DNA from: Ruminococcaceae bacterium OttesenSCG-928-A16
GTDB lineage: Bacteria; Bacillota; Clostridia; Oscillospirales; Ruminococcaceae
DNA length: 64,000 nt
Reading direction: 5' to 3'
Assembly (NCBI GenBank): GCA_030267215.1
Contig: JAJDJP010000003.1
Coordinates: forward strand, 23,512 to 87,511
Shown: piece after piece, positions 40,417 to 50,371 of the stretch
Layout: every line of letters begins with the position of its first letter
Position numbering within the stretch: position 1 is the first letter of the stretch
Position numbers and translations under genes: made by a program
The notes under the pieces: model-generated
Databases searched by the model: none
The model's input: only the letters and a program-made list of their open reading frames with translations
What the model was told of the DNA's origin: nothing

Positions 40417-41415
40417 TTAGGCTAAAATGGCATCAATAGCGGCCAATTCATCGGGGGCAAAGGTGGTTTTTTCTAGCGCGCCAATGTTTTCGGCAATTTG
40501 CTGCGGGCGCGAGGCACCGATAAGCGCAGAGGTTACGGTAGGGCGGCGCAGCACCCAGCTTAGGGCCATTTGGGTTAGGCTTTGGCCACGGTTTTGGGCT
40601 ATTTCGTTTAGTTTTTGCACCTGCTGCACCATTTGGGGTGTAACAGAGGTATCTTTCAGGTAGCGGCCATCGGTGCTCATGCGGCTATCTTTTGGAATAC
40701 CGTTTGCGTATTTGCCGGTAAGTAAACCCTGTGCCAGCGGCGAGAATACAATGCAGCCAAGGCCGTTTTGGTCCAGGGTATCCAGTAGGGCTTCTTCTGG
40801 CCCACGGGCAAACATGCTGTACCGCACCTGGTGAATAATAAAAGGTGTGCCAAGCCGCTGCAAAATGGCGGCTGCTTTGGCGGTATCTTCGGCGCTGTAG
40901 TTAGAAATACCCACATACAAGGCTTTGCCCTGGCGCACAATCAAATCCAGCGCACCCATGGTTTCCTCCAGCGGGGTGTTTGGGTCTGGCCGATGATGGT
41001 AGAAAATATCCACATAGTTTAACCCCATACGGGTAAGGCTTTGGTTTAGGCTGGCAACTAAGGTTTTTTTGCTGCCCCACTCGCCATAAGGGCCGGGCCA
41101 CATTTCGTAGCCGGCTTTGGTAGAAATAACAAGTTCATCGCGCAGGGTGCCGCTAAAATCTCGTTTTAGTATTTGGCCAAAATTGCGCTCGGCCTCGCCA
41201 TATGGGGGGCCGTAGTTGTTGGCAAGGTCGAAATGGGTAATGCCCAGGTTAAAGGCCGTTTGGCATAGGGCACGCTGGGTTTCGAAAGGGGTAATTTGGC
41301 CAAAATTGTGCCACAACCCCAGCGAAATACCCGGTAGTTTAAGCCCGCTTTTGCCACAATAGTTGTAGGTCATGGTATCGTAGCGCTCGGCGGCGGGGCT
41401 ATAGGTTTCATTCAT
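40417..41415 (-). CDS. Aldo/keto reductase, YghZ/Gpr-like
   Basis: 332 aa with CGKSGLKLPGISLGLWHNFG and DLANNYGPPYG motifs. Confidence 0.85.
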   Translation of the reverse strand: MNETYSPAAERYDTMTYNYCGKSGLKLPGISLGLWHNFGQITPFETQRALCQTAFNLGITHFDLANNYGPPYGEAERNFGQILKRDFSGTLRDELVISTKAGYEMWPGPYGEWGSKKTLVASLNQSLTRMGLNYVDIFYHHRPDPNTPLEETMGALDLIVRQGKALYVGISNYSAEDTAKAAAILQRLGTPFIIHQVRYSMFARGPEEALLDTLDQNGLGCIVFSPLAQGLLTGKYANGIPKDSRMSTDGRYLKDTSVTPQMVQQVQKLNEIAQNRGQSLTQMALSWVLRRPTVTSALIGASRPQQIAENIGALEKTTFAPDELAAIDAILA

Positions 41416-41453
41416 GTTTTTTCCTCTTTTCTATGCTAATTTATGCTAAATAA

Positions 41454-41732
41454 TTAAATTTGCTCCGTGGGGGTTTGTTGCTGTGTTGTTTTATTGGCGG
41501 CAGCCTTTTTCGCTTTTTTGGGAAGGCTGGCGATAATTATAGCCAGAGAAAGCACCATTTGGATAACCGACCCCGGGATGATCCCCAGCAAATTGTATAC
41601 CCAGCCAATAAACCTTGGCACTGGAAAAGATGGACCTAAATTGCCTGTGAGGTAAAGCGCAAAAATAAGCCCTGCCATAAGCAGCCAAATTACCCCAAAA
41701 ATAATACCAATCCAATTTGTTTTCTTTTTCAT
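41454..41732 (-). CDS. Small membrane protein (three TM helices) with a KKAKKAAANK tail
   Basis: 92-aa hydrophobic ORF with no family recognised. Confidence 0.5.
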   Translation of the reverse strand: MKKKTNWIGIIFGVIWLLMAGLIFALYLTGNLGPSFPVPRFIGWVYNLLGIIPGSVIQMVLSLAIIIASLPKKAKKAAANKTTQQQTPTEQI

Positions 41733-41866
41733 GTAGAACCTTCTTTTTGTTTTTTCACTGTGCCCTACATTAAATACTATACGGCGCTAAGATGTTGTGA
41801 TACTCTTGGTTGCCGCCAGTCCAACTCTCTGCGCTTCCCGCCGCAGGCGGGAAGTACACAGAAACC

Positions 41867-42868
41867 CTATGGTACCGGAATATTCGGCCGATCTTGGTCA
41901 CCGTCGGCCCGGAACATGGTAAAGTTTTGCGGGTTATTGGTAAAATAATAGTACTCGATATTTTTTTGAAGTAGCGGTGTTAGGTAGTTGGGAATGATGT
42001 TGGCATCGTCCTCGGTACGCTCGCAAAATCCGGCTTCTTGCAAGGTTTTGGCAGGTATGCCAGCGCAATACAAATCGGCGTATTCAGCGTTTTGTCCAGC
42101 TATCAAGGCGTCGATAGCGCTGCCTAGCTGGGGTAAAAAATCCGCTTCGCCTATATAATCTACAATGCGCAGGGCGTGTGTGCCCTGCACCGGCACTGTG
42201 CGGGTAACCAGCAGGGCGGCCGGCGTGGCCTGCCCCGGTAAATAGCCACCCAATACGTTGTATTGCTGCCGTGGATAGGCATAATAGCGGCGGGCAAGGT
42301 ACCAAAAATCTTTATAAGGGTTGTGGTTTTGTGGTGGGGTAAAACCACTTGCCTGCAATGCTTGCACCGTGGGCAGCGGTTGCAAAGTTGCCACACCGCT
42401 TACCGGCAAAATATGCTTGTGGGCAATGTGCGCTACCACATAGGTAGTGCGGTTTGCCAGCCGGTAAAAATGGCCCACCCGCCCGGTGGTATAGCCCAAA
42501 AACTCGTAAAAAGGGCGGGTTTTGGGGCGTATATTGTTGCAGGCCAGCGTGCCGCTGCCGGTAAGCGTGGGCAGGGCAGCCATAAGCTCTAGCCCGGCGC
42601 CGCTTTGCTTTTTGTCGGCTACCCAAATAGACACCCAAATATCTGGTTTTAGGGCTTGGCTGGCAGGCACAAACCCGGCCAAAGCGGCCAATTTGCCATC
42701 GGCTTCGGCAAGGGCAAAGCGCAGGGTATTATCATCTGCCAAATAGTAGTAGTCAAAAAAATCTGGCAAATTGATAATGGGGTGCTTTTCGCCCCAGTGG
42801 GTATTCATAAACTGAATAATAGCGGGCCTATCGGCCAGGGTGGCCTGCCTAAAGGTGTATGCCTGCAC
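41867..42868 (-). CDS. GNAT-domain acyltransferase with an uncharacterised 200-aa C-terminal domain
   Basis: N-terminal GNAT fold pattern (ATLADRPAIIQFM...GAGLELMAAL...FYEFLGY). GTG start directly abuts the SDR stop (TAAGTG). Confidence 0.6.
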   Translation of the reverse strand: MQAYTFRQATLADRPAIIQFMNTHWGEKHPIINLPDFFDYYYLADDNTLRFALAEADGKLAALAGFVPASQALKPDIWVSIWVADKKQSGAGLELMAALPTLTGSGTLACNNIRPKTRPFYEFLGYTTGRVGHFYRLANRTTYVVAHIAHKHILPVSGVATLQPLPTVQALQASGFTPPQNHNPYKDFWYLARRYYAYPRQQYNVLGGYLPGQATPAALLVTRTVPVQGTHALRIVDYIGEADFLPQLGSAIDALIAGQNAEYADLYCAGIPAKTLQEAGFCERTEDDANIIPNYLTPLLQKNIEYYYFTNNPQNFTMFRADGDQDRPNIPVP

Positions 42869-43609
42869 TTAAACCGCGCTCCCTCCGGTAATGGGCAGTG
42901 TAATGCCGGTAATAAAACGGGCTTCTTCGCTTAGCAAAAAGGCCATGGCGGGCACAACGTCGGCCGGGGTGGCGTTGCGGCCCATGGGGTTTGCCTCGGC
43001 GGCGGCCTGCACTATCAAATCAGGGGTATCGGTTAAAAACTTGGTTTCCATCATGCTGGGGGCAACACAGTTTACCGTAACACCGCTGGCGGCATAATCG
43101 GCCGCAAGGCTTTTGGCAAGGCCGTGCAATGCTTCTTTTGCCATTACATAGGCGGCGGTGTTTTTGGGCGGCACCCCTAACACATAGCTGGTAAGCATAA
43201 ACAAAACCCGGCCATTTTTGGCTTTGGCCATTTTTGGCAAAAACTGTTTGCAAATAGCGGTGGCGGCACCAGCCTGCACCTGCATATCCAGCGCAAAGCG
43301 GGCTTCATCAAAATTTTTAAACTTTGTGTTTACCACCCGCAGGGCGGGCAGATGCACAATGTGGGTGGGGGTGGGCAGGGTTTGCTGCACGTTGGTTAAA
43401 AACAAGTTTACGGCGGCAGGGTCGGCAAGGTCCACATCGTAGGTGCGTATTTGGCCTTTAAATTTAGCGCACAGCGGGGCAAGGTGGCTTAAATCTCCAT
43501 AGCCTTGGGCCACCACAATATCTTCTTTGCTGCCGGCGGTAAGCAAACGGTCTATCAACAGGCAGCCAACATCGCTAGAGGCGCCGGTTATAAAATAAAC
43601 ATTTCCCAT
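42869..43609 (-). CDS. SDR-family oxidoreductase (ketoreductase-like)
   Basis: TGASSDVG Rossmann motif and YVMAK (YxxxK). AGGAGG SD. Confidence 0.85.
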   Translation of the reverse strand: MGNVYFITGASSDVGCLLIDRLLTAGSKEDIVVAQGYGDLSHLAPLCAKFKGQIRTYDVDLADPAAVNLFLTNVQQTLPTPTHIVHLPALRVVNTKFKNFDEARFALDMQVQAGAATAICKQFLPKMAKAKNGRVLFMLTSYVLGVPPKNTAAYVMAKEALHGLAKSLAADYAASGVTVNCVAPSMMETKFLTDTPDLIVQAAAEANPMGRNATPADVVPAMAFLLSEEARFITGITLPITGGSAV

Positions 43610-43712
43610 GGTTGCTTCCTCCTAATAATAGGTTAATAATAAATAGTTGCCAGCCACAATGAAAGGCAAACACCCGAAGCAGAGCCTAGCGGGTGTTTGG
43701 TGTTGGCAACAA

Positions 43713-44129
43713 CTATTTTTCTACCCCGGCTTTTATAACGCCGCGGGTTACTTTGGTGCCGTTTTGGTTGGTAATAACGGCCTTAATGGTAATGGTGCTA
43801 AAGGTTTCGTTTACCTCTTGCACGGTGCCGGCAACGGTTAGCACATCGCCAATATACACCGGCTTTACAAATTTTGCTTCTACGCTGTGCAGCAGGCAGG
43901 TGGCACCCGGCAGGTACACCCCGGCCAGTGTGCTAAACAGGCTTGCGCCCAGCATGCCATACACAACGCGCCCGGCATGGCCACGCTTTTTGGCGGCCTC
44001 CTCGCTCATGTGTATCGGCGAGTTATCGCCGGTGATGGCGTAAAATTGGGCCATTTTTTCCTCGGTGACGGTGGTGGTAAAACTTTCGGTTTGGCCCACC
44101 GTTAAATGGGCCATGGTATAGGCATTCAT
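43713..44129 (-). CDS. MaoC-like hot-dog dehydratase
   Basis: 138 aa with the ITGDNSPIH hydratase motif and a hot-dog fold pattern. Confidence 0.85.
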   Translation of the reverse strand: MNAYTMAHLTVGQTESFTTTVTEEKMAQFYAITGDNSPIHMSEEAAKKRGHAGRVVYGMLGASLFSTLAGVYLPGATCLLHSVEAKFVKPVYIGDVLTVAGTVQEVNETFSTITIKAVITNQNGTKVTRGVIKAGVEK

Positions 44130-44159
44130 GGCAGTTCCCCTTTAAGCTTGGCAGCTATA

Positions 44160-44408
44160 TTAAGCGGTTAAACGCACAACCAAATCCAACAAATCGCCAA
44201 CATCTTGCAGTCCGCGCACGTCGGCCAGGTTAAACTTTAAGCCATACTTTTTTTCAATGGCGGTAAGCAGGTTAATCTGCTCAAGGCTATCCCAATCCTC
44301 AATATCTTCGGCGTTGGTTTGGCGGGTTAGCACAATGGTTTCATCATCAAAATTATCGCGAAAAATCTCCTGCACTTCTTGCAATAGCTGTTCTGGGTTC
44401 ATAAACAT
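44160..44408 (-). CDS. Acyl carrier protein
   Basis: 82 aa with the DWDSLEQINLL phosphopantetheine-Ser motif. The start overlaps the upstream stop (TAATG). Confidence 0.88.
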   Translation of the reverse strand: MFMNPEQLLQEVQEIFRDNFDDETIVLTRQTNAEDIEDWDSLEQINLLTAIEKKYGLKFNLADVRGLQDVGDLLDLVVRLTA

Positions 44409-46180
44409 TATCCCTCTACTTTCATAACGGTGTTTTTGGGTTGGTAGCTGGCCGGTACGTTGTAGCTAAATACGCGCTCCTGCTCGGTTTCGCTAACCAA
44501 AGTAAAGCCAATTGTAGCATAAAAGTCTTTCACCAACAAGTTTTTTGCGGTGGGCAACCAGCGGCCGGTAATGGTGGTAATGCCACGCTGTTTTGCCGCC
44601 TGCACCAGTGCGTCAAACATGGCATATTCCAGATGGCGCTTAAAAACACGGCAGCTCATAATCCACAGGTCAATGTTCAGCGTTTGGCCTTGTATGCTGC
44701 CAATAATAGCCGAGGTTATACCGTTGTCGCCAAATTTATCTACCAATTTGCCCGAAAGCGTAATAAACGCATCGCTTTGCATGCAGTGCTCGGTTTCGGT
44801 GTTGGTGTAGCGGCGGGTGGTTAGGTTAAACTGGTTGGTTTTGTTAATTAGCTGGGTAACCCGCTCTAGCTGCTGGGGGTTAAAGGGCACAATTTCGGCA
44901 GTCATTTCAAGGCTTTTCAGGTAGTCTTCGTAGTTGCCAAAGCTGTGTTCTAGCTGGGTGCGCTGGGCGTTTTGCTTGTACATTTCGCCCCGCTTAATGT
45001 CGTCGGCCGAAAGGCCGCTTACCTCAAAATACCCGGCACGGTCTAACAGAGCAATCGATTGTTCGGGCACGGCAACCGGCGGCACCGTAACTTCGGGCAG
45101 CTCTTGCATTACAAGTTCCCGCTCGGCCGGGTTATCATCCATAAAAACAAAGCTATCGGGCAAAATGTTTAAGGTGGTTGCCATTTGGGCAATGCTGTGG
45201 GTTTTGGGGCCCCAATTGGCCTCGAAACACAAAAAGTCTTCTCGTTTTAGCGGGCTATCGGCCCGGGCAAAACCACTTTCGGCGGCGGCTTCTTCGTTTT
45301 TGCTGGCAACGTTTAGCAAAACACCACGCTGGGCTAACATTTTTAAATACTGCTGTAGCTCGGCATAGGCCATGCCGGTGGGGGTTTCGCTGCCAAGCTC
45401 AATGCCTTCAGGGCCAACTTCGCCAACAACGCCGCCCCAAAGGGTATTGTCTAAATCTAGCGCAAGGGCTTTTTTGGTGCGGCCAAACAGGCTGCCCATT
45501 TGGCTGGCAAGGCTGTGCCCCAATGCGGGGATAAACTCGACCGCGCAGCAATATTTATACGCGTACCAGGTAGAAATATCGCACCAGGCATCTAACCCGT
45601 GTAGGGCGGCAAGGTAGGCAAGGTCATGAATATAAAAGCCGGGGTGGCTGCTGGCGTATTCTGCCATGCGGGTGTTCATGGCGCGGGCATGGTGTACCCG
45701 GCCACGCATGTCGCTGGCGTCTAGGTTGCCAAAGTTGCGCCACAATGGGTCTTCAAAGTTGTTTTGCACCACCGGGCAGCCCAGCTTTTCGGCCGCCTGC
45801 CACACGGCTTCAAAATAGGCAAACTCGTCGTTCAACTTTTCGGCGGCTTCGGTGGGGGTATCGGCTGGGTTTGGCCACAGCCGCAGGTTGTGGTTGCTGG
45901 TGTGGATATACAAAATATCGGGTGCAAAGGCGGCAAGCGAGCCGTCGTCAAATACCACGTTTTGGTAAAAAAGGGCGTATTCTCCCTGCCAAAAGGTAGG
46001 GCGTATGCCAAGGTTTAGCAAAAACAGCTCCAGCATGTTTTTTATTTCGCCCACGGTGCTGCCGCCCACAATTGCAATTTTTTTATCGATAAGGCCGGGG
46101 GTTTGCAGCAGTTGTTTTTTTAGGGCGCGTTTTTTTTGCAAAACTTGGGCACCGTCAAACGGGTATTGCAACATTTCCAT
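44408..46180 (-). CDS. HAD-IIIC / FkbH-like protein
   Basis: 590 aa with the HAD motif LDLDNTLWGG, MDDNP and a C-terminal FkbH-type domain containing WIMSCRVFKR. AGGAG SD. Confidence 0.8.
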   Translation of the reverse strand: MEMLQYPFDGAQVLQKKRALKKQLLQTPGLIDKKIAIVGGSTVGEIKNMLELFLLNLGIRPTFWQGEYALFYQNVVFDDGSLAAFAPDILYIHTSNHNLRLWPNPADTPTEAAEKLNDEFAYFEAVWQAAEKLGCPVVQNNFEDPLWRNFGNLDASDMRGRVHHARAMNTRMAEYASSHPGFYIHDLAYLAALHGLDAWCDISTWYAYKYCCAVEFIPALGHSLASQMGSLFGRTKKALALDLDNTLWGGVVGEVGPEGIELGSETPTGMAYAELQQYLKMLAQRGVLLNVASKNEEAAAESGFARADSPLKREDFLCFEANWGPKTHSIAQMATTLNILPDSFVFMDDNPAERELVMQELPEVTVPPVAVPEQSIALLDRAGYFEVSGLSADDIKRGEMYKQNAQRTQLEHSFGNYEDYLKSLEMTAEIVPFNPQQLERVTQLINKTNQFNLTTRRYTNTETEHCMQSDAFITLSGKLVDKFGDNGITSAIIGSIQGQTLNIDLWIMSCRVFKRHLEYAMFDALVQAAKQRGITTITGRWLPTAKNLLVKDFYATIGFTLVSETEQERVFSYNVPASYQPKNTVMKVEG

Positions 46181-46618
46181 GTCGGGTTCACTCCTGGTTT
46201 TGGGGGCTGTGGCAAAACAAAAACCCCTGCATTACATTTTTAGTAATATAGCTTTATATAGTATACCATTTTATAGCGGGCAAAAAAAGTGGTGGTTATA
46301 TAGGCAAGCACAACCGTGTTGTTTTTAACCGGTGGTATTGTAAGTTTGCAAAAAGGTGTGGGGTTGCCATTTTTAGCAACCGCCAAAACCCCCTTTTGCG
46401 ATAATACATATTGCCCTGCATACCCATTTGCCTTGCGTGCTTGCAAAGTGCGGTGGGCAGCTAAAAAAGTACGCAAAAAATAATGAAAATGAAGCTTTTT
46501 TGTAATTGTTTATTGCCGGCAACCTGTGGTATACTTATAGGCGGATAATTGGATAGATAACACGGGGCTGTTATGCATGTTTGCAGCGTGGCCTTGTGGG
46601 TACAGATAAAAGGAGGCC

Positions 46619-49447
46619 TTGCCGTTGTCGCGCAGGTTGGATAAAAAGAAGAAAAAGCAGGCGCAGCAAAGGCAGGCGCAACAGCAGGCGGCAGCCGCAG
46701 AAAAACAGCTGGCCACCCCTGCCCCCGAAGAAACACCAGACGAAAAACAGTTGGCTGGTGTTGTTTTGGTGCCAAAAACCGAAAAGGAAAAACCAGCCCA
46801 ACAAACCAAACAAGAAAAACAACCGGCAGCGGCGGAAGAAAAAAAGCCCGAGGCGAAGCCGGACGAGGTGCCGCCTGCGGCCCCCAAAAACAAAACAAAA
46901 AAAGCGGCCGGCAAAAAAAAGAAGGCGGCCCCCGCTGCGGCAAAAGCAACCGATAAAACCCCTGAAAAAGAACCCGCAGCGCAGGATAAGCCTGCCGAAA
47001 AAGAACCGCAAGAGAAAGAACCGCAAGAGACGAAACAGGGGCCAGAAGAAAAAGCAGGCGAAGAAGCAAAAAATACCCCAGAGCCTGCGGCGGAAAAACC
47101 CGCTGCGGCAGTGGTGCAAGGCGGCAAGCGCAAAAAGCGCAAAGCCCCCAAAAAACGTAGCGTGTTTGGCATTATTGTGGCCAGCATGTGTAAGTTTGTT
47201 TTTGTGTTAGTGTGTGCCGGCATTATAGCGGTAAGCGTTATGGCGGTGGGGGTTAGCCAGTACATGGCCGACGCCACAGCCAACGATGCCGACTTGCTGG
47301 ATTTGGACAACCTGAAACTGAACCTTACCACCAACATTTGGGCACCTAACCCCAAAAACCCCAATGCCGAGGCCGAGGGTGATTACATAAAGTACCAAGA
47401 GCTTACCGGCCCCCAGCACCGCATTTGGGTAGATTGGAACGATATCCCACAAAACTTAAAGGATGCCATTATTGCCATTGAAGACCGAGAGTTTTTAAAC
47501 CACCACGGTGTTTCGTTCCGTCGCTCGGCCATGGCAGCGCTTAACCTTGTTTTCCCTACCTCCGAAACCGAGTTTGGCGCCTCTACCATAGAGCAGCAGC
47601 TGGTTAAAAACCTTACCGGAGACGACGAAACCGACTACCAGCGCAAACTGCGCGAGATGTTCCGCGCTTGGGGGATGGACAGCCGTTATTCGAAAGAAAC
47701 CATTTTGGAAGCCTACCTGAACACCATTTCGCTTTCGGGCACCATTGCGGGTGTGCAGGCCGGCGCGCAGGATTATTTTGGCAAAAATGTGCAGGATTTA
47801 GACCTTGCCCAGTGCGCCATGATAGCCGGTATTACCCGTGCCCCCGGCAAGTACGACCCCTACATGAACCCCGAAACCTGCCTGGCCCGCCGTAACTCGG
47901 TGCTGTACCAAATGCTGCTTACCGAGGCCATTACCCAAGAAGAATACGACGAAGCAAAGGCGAAGCCGCTGGGTGTAAAGGGCCGCACCAATACCTCAGA
48001 AGGTATGGTTATCAACTCTACCTTCTCCTATTTTTCCGATGCTGTGTTTAACGATGTAGTGCAGGACTTGATGGACCAGTATGGCTACACCAAAGAGGCA
48101 GCCAGGTACTTTGTGTACACCGGTGGCCTGCGCATAGAGGCCACGGTGGATATAACCCTGCAAGAGCGAATGGAAGAAATTTTTGAGCATGGGTACGATG
48201 ATACCGAAGACGCCTTTTTCACCAATTTGAGAGACCCCCGCAGCGGCCGGTTGTATAAAGACCGGCTGGGCTATAAAGAAGAGGTAGAGGATGCCGAAGG
48301 CAACACCGAAACCAAGCTGATATTGCCCCAAGCTGCCATGACAACCATAGATTATTCTGGCGCGGTGCGCGGTGTGGTGGGTGGCATTGGCGAAAAAGAG
48401 GGAGATTTGCAGCTAAACCGCGCCACGCAATCTCCACGGCAGGTTGGTTCTACCATGAAACCGGTGGCGGCCTACGCCCTTGCGATAGACCAAGGCCTTG
48501 TGAACTACTCGTCCATGGTGATGGATTCTGGCGTGCAGCCGGCCAACCCGCAAAAACCCAAACGAGACGAAGAAACCGGCGGTATTATTAACGATTGGCC
48601 CAAAAACTTTAGCAGCACCGAAAGCAAAATGTACCGCAACACAGCCATTCCGGTGGTTTCTGCCGTGGCAGAATCTACCAATACAGTGGCGGTGCGGGTG
48701 GGCATGCGGGTGGGTATAGACCCCATGTTTAACTTTTTAGAAGATACGCTGGAAATTACGAGCCTGGTGTCGGAAGACGAAAGCCCGGTAAACGACAAAG
48801 GCCCGTCGGCCCTTATTTTGGGCGGGCTTACCCACGGCATTAGCACGGCAGAACTAGCCGGTGCCTACCAGATATTTGGCAACGGGGGCCGGTTTAACAG
48901 CGTGCATACCTATACCCAAGTGCTAGATTCGAAGGGCAACGTAATTTTAAAGCCCGAGGTAAACCACACCCAGGCCATTAGCCCCGAGGCAGCTTATGTG
49001 ATGAACCGCCTGCTATACACCGTGTTGCGCAGCGGCAAAGCGCCGGGCGTGGCCGCTACCGCCAACCGCATGGCGCTGGAAGGCGAGATGGACTCGGTTG
49101 CCAAAACCGGCACCACCAGCGATGATAAAGACCGCTGGTTTGTGGGCCTTACCCCGTACTATGTAACGGCTATTTGGTGGGGGTACGATAACCCCAAATA
49201 TACTTTTTATAATAAGTGGAGCCCGGTTGCCACGGGCAATATTCCCCCTTTGCTGTGGAAAACCATTATGGAAGAACAGCAAGAGGGTATGCCGGTGAAG
49301 GAGTTCCCCGAAAAGCCGGAGGGTGTGGTGGAAGCATATTATTGCAGCGTTACCGGCGAGCGTGCGGGCGGGGGTTGCCCCAAAGGCGGCATCGGTTACT
49401 TTATCCCGGAGATTAGAACGGCCAATGTGTGCAGTTGGCATAACTAA
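46619..49447 (+). CDS. Class A penicillin-binding protein (PBP1A-type) with a 180-aa low-complexity cytoplasmic N-terminus
   Basis: Glycosyltransferase motifs (EDREFLNHHGV, RKLREM) and transpeptidase motifs (STMKP, KTGTT). The exact start among the TTG codons at 46619 and 46625 is uncertain. Confidence 0.9.
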   Translation: MPLSRRLDKKKKKQAQQRQAQQQAAAAEKQLATPAPEETPDEKQLAGVVLVPKTEKEKPAQQTKQEKQPAAAEEKKPEAKPDEVPPAAPKNKTKKAAGKKKKAAPAAAKATDKTPEKEPAAQDKPAEKEPQEKEPQETKQGPEEKAGEEAKNTPEPAAEKPAAAVVQGGKRKKRKAPKKRSVFGIIVASMCKFVFVLVCAGIIAVSVMAVGVSQYMADATANDADLLDLDNLKLNLTTNIWAPNPKNPNAEAEGDYIKYQELTGPQHRIWVDWNDIPQNLKDAIIAIEDREFLNHHGVSFRRSAMAALNLVFPTSETEFGASTIEQQLVKNLTGDDETDYQRKLREMFRAWGMDSRYSKETILEAYLNTISLSGTIAGVQAGAQDYFGKNVQDLDLAQCAMIAGITRAPGKYDPYMNPETCLARRNSVLYQMLLTEAITQEEYDEAKAKPLGVKGRTNTSEGMVINSTFSYFSDAVFNDVVQDLMDQYGYTKEAARYFVYTGGLRIEATVDITLQERMEEIFEHGYDDTEDAFFTNLRDPRSGRLYKDRLGYKEEVEDAEGNTETKLILPQAAMTTIDYSGAVRGVVGGIGEKEGDLQLNRATQSPRQVGSTMKPVAAYALAIDQGLVNYSSMVMDSGVQPANPQKPKRDEETGGIINDWPKNFSSTESKMYRNTAIPVVSAVAESTNTVAVRVGMRVGIDPMFNFLEDTLEITSLVSEDESPVNDKGPSALILGGLTHGISTAELAGAYQIFGNGGRFNSVHTYTQVLDSKGNVILKPEVNHTQAISPEAAYVMNRLLYTVLRSGKAPGVAATANRMALEGEMDSVAKTGTTSDDKDRWFVGLTPYYVTAIWWGYDNPKYTFYNKWSPVATGNIPPLLWKTIMEEQQEGMPVKEFPEKPEGVVEAYYCSVTGERAGGGCPKGGIGYFIPEIRTANVCSWHN

Positions 49448-49463
49448 GGCATAGCAAATAACA

Positions 49464-49496
49464 AAAATCCAGCGGCCTTTCGGCTGCTGGATTTTT
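49464..49496. terminator. Bidirectional terminator between convergent genes
   Basis: AAAATCCAGCGGCC-tttc-GGCTGCTGGATTTTT. Confidence 0.8.
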
Positions 49497-49555
49497 GATG
49501 TGTTGAACCCACTGGGGCTTGCGGCTAAACATGGGTTTACGCGGTATTTTATGCA

Positions 49556-50269
49556 TTAAACCTCGATGGTACCCGCGTAAAAGTCTTCGTCAATTTCTAC
49601 GTTAAACATAATGTTTTGCTTGGGTTTTTGTGGTTGTTGAACGAGCCGTTCTTGCGGTTGGCTGATGCTTTGCTGGAACATACCCCCGTCCAAAATTTTC
49701 ATAAATTCATCCACAACATAATCTAGCTGGGGTGTGCCGGTGCGAAACAGCCCCCAGTTTAGCCCTAAAAAGCTTGTCGCGCCCATAAGCACATAGGCCA
49801 GCACTTCGGTATCAATTTGGCGCACTTCGCCTTGCAACTGCGCATTTTGCAGGTTTTTTACATAGGCGCTACAAAAGGTGTTGTAGTATTCTTCAAACAG
49901 GCTTCTATCTACGTATAAAGATTCCCAGATGATGTTGTACACATACTGGTTTTCTAAAATAAACTCAAGCCAGCACCGAAGGCCTACACGCTCAACTTCG
50001 CGCCGGGTTTTGCAGCCTTGGGTGCAGATGCTGAGGTGTTTGCGAATTTGGTGGCTGCATTGCAGCAGCAAAAATTTATATAGTTCGTACTTGCCGTTAA
50101 AGTAAATATAAAAAGTGCCGGTGGCAATGCCTGCCAGCTTGGCAATGTCTTTTACATTGGCGGCGCTGTAGCCTTTTTCGTAAAAAACCTGGGCAGCGGC
50201 GCTTAATATTTTATTTAGTGTTTTAAGGCCGCGCTGTGTGCGTGGCTTTTTTACCAAGGGGTGCTCCAT
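49556..50269 (-). CDS. TetR/AcrR-family regulator
   Basis: HTH segment ILSAAAQVFYEKGYSAANVKDIAKLAGIATGTFYIYF. Last gene of the liv-type operon. Confidence 0.88.
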   Translation of the reverse strand: MEHPLVKKPRTQRGLKTLNKILSAAAQVFYEKGYSAANVKDIAKLAGIATGTFYIYFNGKYELYKFLLLQCSHQIRKHLSICTQGCKTRREVERVGLRCWLEFILENQYVYNIIWESLYVDRSLFEEYYNTFCSAYVKNLQNAQLQGEVRQIDTEVLAYVLMGATSFLGLNWGLFRTGTPQLDYVVDEFMKILDGGMFQQSISQPQERLVQQPQKPKQNIMFNVEIDEDFYAGTIEV

Positions 50270-50371
50270 AATGTGCCTCTTTAGGTACACAGGCCTGCCG
50301 GGCGCACCCGGCAGGCCTGTGTGTTTTATTATAATTGCTTACAGGCCCTTATGTAGGGCTAAAACGTATGT

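Noticed and set aside
46461-47364. Several 180-284-aa minus-strand ORFs and a 209-aa plus-strand ORF overlapping the PBP1A 5' region.
   Set aside because: They are frame shadows of the low-complexity Lys/Glu/Pro/Ala-coding region, with extreme composition (poly-F/L/R or poly-K/R) and no SD.
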